The position numbers and the translations under genes are program-made. Shown here in pieces: positions 25,270 through 36,461 of a stretch of DNA of 64,000 nucleotides. Within the stretch, counting starts at the first letter, position 1. Each line of letters opens with the position of its first letter. The notes under the pieces were generated by a model. It did no database searches, had not been told where the DNA came from, and saw nothing but the letters and a program-made list of their open reading frames with translations. Source of the DNA: Calcarisporiella thermophila CBS 279.70 (Eukaryota; Fungi; Calcarisporiellomycota); NCBI RefSeq assembly GCF_041956535.1, contig NW_027192215.1, positions 427,179 to 491,178 of the forward strand. Direction: 5' to 3'.

Positions 25270-26875
25270 TCACTGGAAGTAGTCGCCCTTTTTGGGGCAA
25301 AAGATGGCCGCATTCTCAGGAACCAAAGTTTTCTTTTTACCTTTTGGCTCAAAGAGATTGTTCCAGAGACCCACGGTGAATGCTTTGTTAGCGCACACGT
25401 TGGGATGGAAGCAATCCAAACCACTTAGAAAGCCCTGCCCATATGTATCAAAAACGGCCTTTTCAAATGCAGGTTGTGCGCTCACGTAAAAATCGGAATA
25501 GTTTTTGGACTGATAATCGTCGGCGATCTGAGCAAGTTGTGCATTGTACTCGGCCAGGTACTTCCTAGTGGCTAAGGCGAATGATCAAGAGAAAAGACTG
25601 TGTTAAAATGACCATTCCTTGAGCGTGAGAAATGGGCACACACCTGGAGCTTTACTGGGAGCAGCATTAGGACATATCGCCGACGAGCTCATAATGATAG
25701 TGCAATAAAGATCCGATTGAGCCGCAGTGTGAACTTGAGTGACCTAAATGAGGTAAAAGACACACGTTGGTAAAAGAAGATCAAATGTAGAATGCAACCA
25801 TTGTACTAGGGCAAAACGGCTGTGATGGCACTTACATCGAGCACGCCCACGAGGCTGACGAATGCTTTCCCAATCTCGGTGCGAATACGCTCAACTGCGG
25901 CACGGACATTTTTGCCAAATTCGGTAGGGCTGGTGACTCCATCGCCACACACGTCGTTTGGGCCGATAAGTAGGGTGACCATTTTCCACTGGTCCTTGAT
26001 GGACTTGTACTCTCCTCCGTTGAGCAGAGCGACGGTGCGATCGATTTCCTTATTCAGGGTGTGGGACGTAGCTCCAGAGATGGCGGAATTAAGCTCGCTC
26101 CCCTCAGCACGTGGAAGGGTGACACCTTTTTTGGTAAGATACACCATCGATTAATAGGTAGGAGCTCTGGAAGCCGAAGCGTAACCTAGCAAATATTCTC
26201 ACCCGTAGACACGCCTGTTAACTTAGGGTTGTAGAGTCGAAGGATATTAGGGAGAGTAAGCTGACCGGAATCTCCCCCAATGCTGAACACCTTTCCTCTC
26301 TCTTCCAAGATTTGGATGATAGGGAAATGGGCTAGCAAATTGTTCGGTGAGAACGGTGACCGAAGACGCGAAATTCGAATTGAACTAAATTAAGGATACT
26401 CACCACTACTCATGGCAAAACCAGCCGTGATACTATCTCCGAAAGCTAGAATGGCACCAATATCTTGAGGACGCAGTCGACGAACATCCCGATCCTTATC
26501 CGATATGCCATCATCCAAATCACCTGGTTTAGGGTTACACGTTACGGGGGGGATGTCGACTGGACACTGGCGCAAATTGTCTGAAGCATCCTTGTTGCTC
26601 ACCGTCCCGTTATGCAAACTAGCATACTTTTCATAGAAATCTTTGAGCTTATCGACGTGCTCAAGACTAAATCGCTTAACGTTCTTGAATTTTTGGGCAT
26701 CTTCTTTGGCTGCTTGGATTAGAGTATCGTGGTCAGAATCTTGAGAGGAAGAGACTTTGCGGTCAGGTTGTCGGTTGCCACCCCTCTGTCGATGTTGCGC
26801 AGCATTCACCTGGAGAACGGCCCATACAAAAACAATCAGGGCAAAAGTAATACGTCGGAGGAAAGTTGGGGTCAT
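25270..26875 (-). CDS. Secreted SGNH/GDSL hydrolase, phospholipase B1-like, multi-exon
   Basis: Signal peptide; LRPQDI..AFGDSITAG (block I), LNSAISGA, WKMVTLLIGPNDVC (block III), DCFHPN (block V). Confidence 0.88.
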
Positions 26876-27866
26876 CGGGTAAAAGATTGGATATATAGAA
26901 ATAAGGGCTGGTGAGTATGTAGTTAAAAAGGGAGAAGTGGAAAAAAAAAGTGGAGGAAATGTAGGTGGAGAAAATTCGTCGATTTAAATTAAAATAGCCA
27001 GATCTTTCCCAATATTCTGAGCAAACTTTATATCATTTGCATAAGCTTAAACGGTTATACGATTTCAGGCCACCAAAGCTGTTCACTCATTTGTCATTCT
27101 GTATTCCCATCTATTGTTGAAGTAGAGCACCTGTATGTCTCAAGAAAGATCTCATCAGAATTTGAATTATTTTTAAGAAAAGTTCTCGCGGCGTTTATTT
27201 TATTTAAACATTCAGTGGTGCGTTACCCATACATGAACATCTTTAAATTATTTCGGACAATGAAATTTTCAACACTGAAAACTCTTTAGGAGAGGTACGA
27301 AAAATAGATGCAATTCCAACAGACTGATTTTATGGTCCGTTGCTATTTTAAAGTAGGTATATGTAATCAGAAAGAAAGATAGAGCTCCATTACCACAACC
27401 CAATAATGCATCCAAGCAATCTATTAAGGATAATGACGTAACTAGATTGTCACGAAAATAAGAAATCTAATCCTTAATAATAGTAATGTATAGCCAATGA
27501 TCCGCTCCACAAAAGTTTCAACTTTATCTAATTGTGTCGCAGTTCCACCAAGTACACATTGTCATTATAATTCCTATTCTACATTAAACCATTTATTTTT
27601 TTCATATATTTGTTCCTCAGCATCTTCTCTAAATTCACAGAATTTAGAGCATAGTTTTAGGGCAGATCCTATGTTTACATAAGATTGTAAAGTAAAATAA
27701 AAACGCTTTTCCCATGATATCTAAGATAACCAATCGTCACTATTGTCAAAAGCATATATTGAAATATGGCTTGGTTTGCCATTTTAGGTTTAAAGGATCT
27801 CCCTAAATTAACAGTTAAATAATAGAAAGTTCAAGGGAGCTAGTTAAAGTAAGAGAAAGTAAAGGA

Positions 27867-29087
27867 TTATTCTAAAAGAGGGACCGTGTCATCGAGTCGT
27901 AAAGGCAGGTTTGCGGTAACATTGTAGTTGTAACGACTAATGAATTTAGCCATACGTCTTTCTTCCTGTCTCACTCTAGATGCGTTAAGTCCATTCATTT
28001 CAAGCCAAGCGTCAGGCAATGGCTGGGGCACAGGAAGAATCTTGCGGCGGGGGGTTGGCGGTGATGGAGTGTTAGGTTTGGCACATTTGATTTTAGTAGA
28101 GGTTAAGTTTGCACGTTTGGATAATTGCGGGATGTAGTCTGAATAGGTGTAGCAGAGGCCAGGGTTTTGGGTGCTCATCATGCTCTGCACTTGAACTCGA
28201 TAGGGATAGAGAACTTCTGTGATAGAAGCCTGACTCCCATCCTTATTCACGCCGTTGAATTGGCTCTCAAATTGAGGACCGCGATTTTGCCAATCCATCC
28301 AAAGTTTATCCAGGAAGCAGTGGTGCATAAAAAAAATTGGATCGTTGGGACTGGCCATAGTTCCCATATCACCACCGATGGTGATATGGACATTCCCGTG
28401 AGGGCTGCCTTCGAGTGCTGTACGAAATTCGTCAAACGTGTTTCTCGTGAGGAGGATGTTCTGAAGGACCTCCGTGGATGCCCACGGACTAATGAAGTTG
28501 CCGCGATTAAACTGACGAGGGAGACAGTGGAGTCTGGCCGAACCATCTCTGTTATACAGCACATTCCAATATGCGATTTGTCCGGTGTTGATGCAGGTGC
28601 CAGTTCCACCGTACCACTGATTCGAGAAAATTTGACTGTAGGCTGGATTGTCTGCGTCCTCCCCCCAATACCAATACGGAAGAGTAACTCTGGGGTTGAT
28701 CGTTTGTAGCGCCCTCTCAAACTCACGGAGGAATAGACGATGCCAAGGGAAAAACTGAGCTTGGCCATGTGCGTTTCTAGTTGCTTGTAAGTGATAGTAA
28801 CTCATGGAGTCAAGACGATTGGGCCGGGTCGCACTATTCACTGCTCTCAAAGCAGAGAGAAATTCATTGCGCTCCTGGTTTGAAAGCTGTCGGAACTCTT
28901 TTCTAACCGCAAGTGTAGAGCATCGTGGGGAAACAGTAGGGGAGGGACTCCTAGAGGTGGTACTGGTTGCGGTTACGGTAATGGTTACAAATACAACGTC
29001 CTCTTGTCCCAAAGTAGGGTGGATACTCGTAAATACGAGAACAAATAGAAACGCGATATTTAGAATATTAAATGCGAGTATATTCAT
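27867..29087 (-). CDS. Secreted tyrosinase (type-3 di-copper), single exon
   Basis: Signal peptide, Thr/Ser linker, VRKEFRQLS, H..AHGQAQFFPWHR (CuA), PHGNVH..GGDM..SPNDPIFFMHH (CuB), LCYTY motif. Confidence 0.93.
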   Translation of the reverse strand: MNILAFNILNIAFLFVLVFTSIHPTLGQEDVVFVTITVTATSTTSRSPSPTVSPRCSTLAVRKEFRQLSNQERNEFLSALRAVNSATRPNRLDSMSYYHLQATRNAHGQAQFFPWHRLFLREFERALQTINPRVTLPYWYWGEDADNPAYSQIFSNQWYGGTGTCINTGQIAYWNVLYNRDGSARLHCLPRQFNRGNFISPWASTEVLQNILLTRNTFDEFRTALEGSPHGNVHITIGGDMGTMASPNDPIFFMHHCFLDKLWMDWQNRGPQFESQFNGVNKDGSQASITEVLYPYRVQVQSMMSTQNPGLCYTYSDYIPQLSKRANLTSTKIKCAKPNTPSPPTPRRKILPVPQPLPDAWLEMNGLNASRVRQEERRMAKFISRYNYNVTANLPLRLDDTVPLLE

Positions 29088-29625
29088 ATCATGAACCAAT
29101 ACTTTGGAAATAATCGTGCTCTGATGAGAGTTTAAAAATAATCCAAACAGGAAAAATATATAATAGTCAACAGACGAGATTCCTCAAGCCGCGCTAGCAA
29201 GAGGGCAAATTCATCCTCTACCCTGTTTAGATTTTTACACTACAAGTAGGTTGGAATTCGCCTATTCATCGGCTCTGAGACTTCACTTCCATCTGAATTC
29301 GGGTCGGGCTTCCTCGGTTTTCAACCCTGGAATTTCCTTAATATTCTAATTATACAAGGGTATCACCCCCAAATGTAGCGTCAAATAAAGATGTTAGATT
29401 CGGATATATCATCCTCGTTGATCACTTTTCCCAATTTACATATATAAGTTATGTCCATATCAAGATCGCCGCGTTAGAATAGGTGGTTTTCTGGGAAAAT
29501 GTTAAGGAATACTAAAAATCGCAAATTACACCATCAAACAAACTAGTATCCAAATAAGTTTTTTTTGGATAAGCTTGGAATTAAAAAGTCGAAATAACAA
29601 GTGAAATATCAGATCTTGATTTAAT

Positions 29626-30176
29626 CCATTGATCGCGTGTAGGATTGCAAGTAGCTCCCTCTCGTGCGTTGGATAATTGTGTTCAGCAGCAATAAAATTT
29701 TTTGACTCGAAGACAACAGGATATTCCTTTCCATCGTGTTCTTTACTTAGTACAGCGCCAACACCATTATTGGAAGCATAAGTAGTAATTATAAATGGCT
29801 TCTTTGCATCTGGAAACTTCAGTACTGGCGAAGTAATCAGTGCTGTCTTCAACTGCTCAAATGCCGAATTTTCTGTCGCGCTCCAGGAGTATTTACACTT
29901 ATCGGACAATAATGAAGTCAATGGTGCAGCTTGCGATAATTTCTTACGAATTTACGGTAGTAATTCGCCAAGCCAAAGAAAGAACGTAGTTTATCGGAGT
30001 TGGCCAATGTTGTATCGCATCGATCTTTTTGGATCCGTGTGTATTCTTCTGCAGATACAATTTGCCCGAGAAATTCAATGCATCGCACTCCGAATTCACA
30101 TTTTGATCATCTTGGCATCAAGTTGATTTTCCCTCAAAACATCTAGGATTTTGTGTAAATGCTCAACGTGTTCTTC
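29626..30176 (-). mobile_element. Degenerate Ty3/gypsy pol fragment (RT end to RNase H)
   Basis: W...AFEQLKTAL..PVL..PD..KPF..ASNNGVGAVL..PV.FES..AEHNYPTHERELLAI; frameshifted RT thumb upstream (FFGLANYYR, EFLGQI). Confidence 0.85.
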
Positions 30177-31536
30177 TTAGGATAATTAGGATAATTCGTG
30201 AACTATTCAATAGATAATGCGGTGGAAACTATTGTCCCAATCACTTACCAGCCACTTATGAATAAAGCATACTTCACTCCTCATCCATTCAATGTCAGAT
30301 ATCACTCTCGGTAGTTTTGGATTTACCTGGATTTCAATATAAGATAACTAGCTCGAACAGCTTAAGATTGTATTCTCCACTCTTTAAAAGTTGCGTCTTT
30401 ATTTGCCAATTGATATATTTATGTTAATAGTTCATTAATTCATTACTTTTATGTTATGGATAATGTCGGTTGCAACCCTCTTTCTCTACGTATTTATCCA
30501 ATTCTAGACCATACTAGGGTTCATAAATGTAAAGTCTTGATTTCTGAATCCTTAGGATCTGAAAAACCAACGTAATTAAGTGAAAACCTACATTATTCGA
30601 TACTAAGCCTAGCGTATGCGACGGCTTAGTCGAAATGGAATAGGCAGTCAGCAATGGACTGCTGACCTAGTCCGCAGTCTATTTGAGTTTAAGAGGAACT
30701 TTCAGGGATGGAATTGGTAAGTCGGAAACAGATACTCTATACAATAACAACAAATACTATATACAATATTTTAGAGATGATGATATTGGCGCTTTTTGAC
30801 ATAAATTTGTGTATACAGAGTCTATAAACAAGCATATATTTATAGAAATACAGTATGATGAATACGGATTATGGGTATTAAGCGTGTGTATGTAAGGCTG
30901 CAAACAGGTATATATAGAAATACGATAAATACAAACTTCTGGGTATTGTCTAAATGATTGCTTTTTCCCTCAGACTGGATCATCCTCATAATGCACCCAA
31001 TGTTGTGAGTAGTCCTCACTAATCCTACCGCCATATTAGGAGAACCTTTGAGCAGAAACAGGGCCCAGTGAGCATTCCAAGCGCTAATGCAGTGCCGTAA
31101 GCCTCAGAATTAGCATGTGCAAATAAGACGCTAACTGGGCGACCCTGGTATCAATTGTGTAGCATCGTCTATCCAGTTTGGCAACCAGCACTTCAAGTGT
31201 GTGAAAAGGAGAGCTGGCATTATCTATGGCATTGTGTAGCACCTTATCGGCCAAATCAAGACAGGACACCCATCCACCCGCTACATACAATAGTGTTGTA
31301 CCCATACAATTTTGGATATATGCCTTTTCCATCTCGTCTGTGTCTCTGTATTTCGTCGTATGCTCGAACCCAACTGCATTAATTAGATCATAATAGCCAA
31401 TTGCAGCATTGTGAATACTAATAATTAAAGGTCCATCTCGTCCTAGATACGGATCCGATGAGTTAGGAATTACTGGCTACGCAATCTGCTCTACTGTGGT
31501 TTATATCCTCTACTCGTCGTCCATGTGAAAATCTAT

Positions 31537-33011
31537 TCAAGAGTTTCGATATGTGGAAGCAACGTGAATCGGGGGATCAATAACCATTCCGCACCCAAGG
31601 ATTATTGCACCACGGCATGCACACCACGAACACTCCCATGGGTGTTGTAAATACACAGGTACACCAATGCTAAGGGCCACCTTACTCGTGACTTGTTGCC
31701 ATAGCGGGTTTCCATGAGCAGTGACAAAACATCTACTCGCAGCTTTGCTCATCATCCGGTCCGTGGCGTCTCCCGGTTGTATGGGCCTAAAATAATGTAG
31801 CGCAGTTATCCCGCCGCCATGTTTGCAAGGCAGCCCCAAGAACTCCTGCGCGCGTGAAGGCTTAATTCGGATGAGTTTACAAGTCTCATGGTCGAAAAGC
31901 ATCCAGTTCTCCCTTGGCACCCAACGCCCACTCTGAATACAGGCGGAGAATGGTCCATTATTTTTGCCTCCGGACGCCAGCCAAACCGGGTCAGGCATAT
32001 CCGTGTTGAGGATCCAAACACCTGTCAATCTTGCACACCACTAGTTTCAATACTTGCGGATGAGGTAGACGGGAAGGCCTCAGTGCACAGTCATCGGGAG
32101 ATAACTGTTATAGCAGTTATCTCCGGATTTAATGTCCATGAAGTACATGGTAGCCTATTGTTATACCATGTCTTCTCTTGCGAAAGGTCCGGGGTGCACT
32201 CTTCATCAGAGATCACCATGGCGTCAAGATCTTCATTGTCCCATGTTTCTTCGTTGAAATCATTCAAATCATCCACTTCCTGTATCTCTGCTCCTGGTGA
32301 AGAGACTGGAGTGATCGTTGCCTGAGCCGCTAGATATGCGGCCGAGTTTGGAAATACAAAATGATCCAATTGTTCCCTGTTCATTATTGAATCATATAAT
32401 GCACGAGTAAGTGTACAATAAACTATTCCGGGTAGCAATTGTATAAGATAAAATCCAGAGTAATTACTAGAAGCTAAGGTGAAAAGAGACATATATATAG
32501 GCGTTTTGTAGGGTTGGATAGAATGGTAGCAAAGTGGATTTAAAATTTAAGAAAGTGAATGACTTTGTGTTGAGTTCGCCTAATGTAGCGATTTCAAGTT
32601 GGATTGACCTGTAAATTTAAACACTAAAAAAAATTAAAAAAGAACTTAAACTGGAAATTACAGGAAAATTGGCCTAGACCTAACGTAAACGATGTCCAAT
32701 ACTCTTTCAGTATTTTGGCCGTCCCTCTTACTGGCCTTAGGGATTCAGTGCTACCAGAGACTTTCATATTGGAGCCTTTGGGGGCAGCTTCCTCGCAGGA
32801 AATAGGTAAAGGCATTTTGGTGATTTTCCAGAGAGTAGCGATAGTATAGGATTCTATTGGAAGAGCTTTTTAATATTTTCCTGTAGGCAGTATCCTCCTG
32901 TTTTGAGCGCCTTACCCTAAACATGGCTGTAACCAGCCTTTTTTCTTCTTTTTCAGAAATCGCTACTGGGCCGTAGTCCGTATGAATTCCCTCACCTTCT
33001 GGATGGATCAC
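31537..33011 (-). pseudogene. Broken chain of unassigned ORFs ending in HPWECSWCACRGA motif
   Basis: Same-strand ORFs 32751-33011, 32091-32492 and 31537-32028 with coding-like composition; no family recognised. Confidence 0.3.
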
Positions 33012-34073
33012 CTATTTGCTCATATTTATGTCGATCGATATGTTGATCCAGTTGTTCAGAGATCTCTGATCATCGTTGATCAAATGGTTCCTCGATATTA
33101 GGAAGTGAGTATCTATTCTTTATCGTTGCCTTATTGAGTGCTCGATACTCTACGCACATGTACTTTTACTCAGCTTTTTTTTTTTTTTTACACAAATTAA
33201 ACAGGTGAATCGAACTGCGGAGTGCTATTGCGTATCAGTCCTTTATAACCAAAACCCATAATATGGCATTTAGGTATATCTTGTTCTTGGTCTGAGAGTC
33301 AATACATTGGTTTACAAGTAGGTTCTATCCCGAGATCTATTTCAATGGCATAATTAAGGATCGTTTTGGTGGATGATTTTTTTAGAAGAGCTGCTAGAAA
33401 GACAACGTAATATATATACATGGATGGAATCTACGCTTGACATGACATTGCACTCTATCAACGTGTCATCTGTGTCATTATGTTTCTTGAAAATTATTGC
33501 GAATAAATGATCGTTGATTGTAAGGAGTGCATATCGTTTTAACTTTAGCTGACAAGAGCTGGTGTTCCTTCTTTTGGTCATCAATCAGGAGGTACAATAA
33601 ATATCGAAAGCGAAATAAAGGAGTGCCAAATCGAATAGCTCAAATATTTATTATTAAATCAAACTCGGAAAAAATAATTGGTGTTGCAGATCTATGATTT
33701 GCAATTTTTTTTTATTATTAAAATATTTAATCGCTGGAAAGAATTCGAATGATAACCAGGGCTATCATAAGGGTGTCGGAAGATAAACGGATCATTAACT
33801 AGAATACTATTAGAGATAAAAAATTAGGGGAGTAATGTATCATGGCTGGTATAATCCCATGTTGCCTCAGCTTGCACTTATTTCCCATACTCTCCATTGC
33901 ATCTTCATCTCGTCTGTGTTTGCCTTCAGTGTAATCTTATATTGTGATACATCCTATTGTATAAATAAGGTCTTTTCCGAAAATATAAATCGAGACTCTT
34001 ATCTTCACAACCCAGTGTATTCTCCTTCTTCTTCTTTCTCCCCTACTTGCTCGATTATTGAACCTGAGTTGAG

Positions 34074-36461
34074 ATGGAGAAGGATCAAAACTCTCCGCAG
34101 GCTACTTCTGCCGAAAAGCAAACCTCCTCGCACGTCTCCACACCACAAAAATCGCGGTTCGCATTTTTCAGCGACACCAACCCGTACGGCAAACCGCTAC
34201 ACACGCTCACCGACGCGGAAATCGGAATTACTGATCCGAATGAAAACAGCCCCATTAAAGAGGTCCGCGAAACCATCAGCAACCGCGACGACCCCAATAT
34301 GCCGTGCATGACGTTCCGGATGTGGTTTATCGGTCTCTTTTTTGTTGTGATCTTTGGCTTCATCAACCAAATGTTCCAATTCCACTATCCACCCTTCCTG
34401 GTATCTGCAATGGTCGTGCAGTTACTGAGTTATCCGATCGGTCGGTTTTTCGCTTGGGTGCTTCCAACGCAGCACTTCCGCATCCCCTTCTCCAACGCCA
34501 CCTTAACTCTTAATCCCGGGCCGTTCAACATCAAAGAGCACGTGTTGATCGTCTCCATGGCCAACGTCACCCTGAACACCGCTTATGCTGTCGACATTGT
34601 TGTCATCAAGAAACTTTTCTACCATAGCGATATGGGCTTCTTCGCAGGCTTCCTACTCGTCGTCACCACTCAGTGTCTTGGCTATGGATTGGCAGGAATG
34701 TTACGGCAGTTCTTGGTCCGACCTTCAGCTATGATTTGGCCTACCAATCTTCCCACCATAGCATTGTTCCGCTCCTTCCATGAGCATGACAAGGAGGAGG
34801 ACATGGTGGACGAGGACGCATCGGTCGATGACGAAAAGAAAGTTGAATTTGCACCGTCCGAACAAACCACCACCCACCTCGCCACGCCCACCTCATCCGG
34901 AAACAAGAAAAACGTACGTCGCCTTCGGTTTTTCCTGCTTGCTGCCATGGGAAGTTTTGTCTACTATCTCTTTCCCGGGTTTCTCTTCAATTTCCTCACG
35001 TCCATCTCGTGGGTCTGCCTGGCCGCGCCAAACTCGCATATAGCAAATCAATTGGGTTCCGGCTACTATGGCCTTAGTCTTGGCGCCTTCTCTCTCGACT
35101 GGAACACCATTTCCTCCACCCTACTCTCCCCCCTCATGGTGCCATTTTACGTCCAAGTTAACGTCATCATCGGCTTCATCATCTTCGCCTGGATCGCCCT
35201 CCCCGCCGGCTACTACACCAATGTCCTGGACGCCATGAAATACCCCATTTACTCTGTTAACCTCTTCAACTCGAAGGATGCTTCCAAAAAGTATGACATC
35301 GCTCAGGTCGCCCCCGAAAACAAATTCGATCCAAAGCTGCTCGATGAGTACGGTGCGCCACGCATGTCTATCATGTTTGCTTTCAACTATGCCCTGGGTT
35401 TTGCCAATCTGACCGCCGTCCTGACCCATGTCTTCCTCTACTACCGCCATGATATTATTCGCCAATTCCGAAAGGCTCGTAGCGAAGATGATGATATCCA
35501 TGCCAAACTCATGCGCCGTTACCCCGAAGTTCCGCATATCTGGTATCTGATTGTGCTTGTCATCAATCTCATTCTCGCCTTCGTAGTGTGTGTGACCTTT
35601 GGTATCAACCTGCCATGGTGGGGCGTACTACTCGCCATCGTAATGTGCGCCTTCTTCATGCTTCCTGTTGGAATCGTTCAAGCCGTCACCACTTATCAAG
35701 TCGGCCTCAACATCATCACCGAGTTCGTCATAGGTCTTCTCCATCCCGGCGAGCCCATTGCAAACCAAACCTTCAAGACGTATGGCTACATCAGCATGTA
35801 TCAAGCGCTCGGCTTCACGGCAGATCTCAAGCTGGGTCACTATATGAAGGTCCCGCCTCGTGCCATGTTCTGGGCCCAGGTCGTCGCCACCCTCGTCGGC
35901 GGTGTGATCAATCTTAGTACCGCGTACTTTATGATGGGCTCCATCCCCAATATATGCCAAGAAGATGCAGGCATGTGGTCATGTGCAGGATACTCGCGCG
36001 TCTTCTACAGCGCCTCTGTGCTCTGGGGTTTGGTTGGCCCGAAGGTATTGTTTGGTCCCACCACTCCCTATGGTCCGCTACTGTACGGATTCCTGATCGG
36101 CCTGGTGCTTCCCATTCCATTCTATTTTCTTGGGAAGAAATACCCCAATTCTTGGTTGCGCTTCGTCAATATCCCTGCCATGCTGGCTGCCCTCGGCTAC
36201 TTCGCTCAAACCCCCCCCGTCTCGTATCCGTCATGGTTCCTCGTTGGCTTCATCTTTCAATATCTCATCAAACGCTATCGGCACACTTGGTGGTCCAATT
36301 ACAACTACTTGCTGTCCGCCGGCTTGGACGCTGGTATTGGCCTTTGCCTTCCCTTTATCTTCTTCGCTTTCCAATTTAAGGATTCAATTACCGCAGACTG
36401 GTGGGGGAATCATGACGATAGTGCGTATTGTCCTTTGGCCAAAAAACCGTTGATTTCTTAG
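34074..36461 (+). CDS. OPT-family oligopeptide transporter (Isp4/OPT-like), single exon
   Basis: 795 aa; NSPIKEVR..DDP, TFRMW, NPGPFNIKEH, MIWP, DIHAKLMRRYPEVP, GLNIITE, DLKLGHYMKVPPR, NYLLSAGLDAG. Confidence 0.97.
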   Translation: MEKDQNSPQATSAEKQTSSHVSTPQKSRFAFFSDTNPYGKPLHTLTDAEIGITDPNENSPIKEVRETISNRDDPNMPCMTFRMWFIGLFFVVIFGFINQMFQFHYPPFLVSAMVVQLLSYPIGRFFAWVLPTQHFRIPFSNATLTLNPGPFNIKEHVLIVSMANVTLNTAYAVDIVVIKKLFYHSDMGFFAGFLLVVTTQCLGYGLAGMLRQFLVRPSAMIWPTNLPTIALFRSFHEHDKEEDMVDEDASVDDEKKVEFAPSEQTTTHLATPTSSGNKKNVRRLRFFLLAAMGSFVYYLFPGFLFNFLTSISWVCLAAPNSHIANQLGSGYYGLSLGAFSLDWNTISSTLLSPLMVPFYVQVNVIIGFIIFAWIALPAGYYTNVLDAMKYPIYSVNLFNSKDASKKYDIAQVAPENKFDPKLLDEYGAPRMSIMFAFNYALGFANLTAVLTHVFLYYRHDIIRQFRKARSEDDDIHAKLMRRYPEVPHIWYLIVLVINLILAFVVCVTFGINLPWWGVLLAIVMCAFFMLPVGIVQAVTTYQVGLNIITEFVIGLLHPGEPIANQTFKTYGYISMYQALGFTADLKLGHYMKVPPRAMFWAQVVATLVGGVINLSTAYFMMGSIPNICQEDAGMWSCAGYSRVFYSASVLWGLVGPKVLFGPTTPYGPLLYGFLIGLVLPIPFYFLGKKYPNSWLRFVNIPAMLAALGYFAQTPPVSYPSWFLVGFIFQYLIKRYRHTWWSNYNYLLSAGLDAGIGLCLPFIFFAFQFKDSITADWWGNHDDSAYCPLAKKPLIS

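Noticed and set aside
27940-29094. Antisense and alternate-frame ORFs over the tyrosinase (likewise over the OPT, oxidase and CRN genes)
   Set aside because: Shadow ORFs of well-supported genes
30644-30655. 12-bp match (gcagtcagcaat) to the LINE-LINE junction at 6372-6383
   Set aside because: Single short match with no flanking homology; cannot be distinguished from chance
34074-36461. GC-rich intronless OPT gene as possible horizontal transfer
   Set aside because: Motifs are those of the eukaryotic/fungal OPT clade; C-ending codon bias fits high expression
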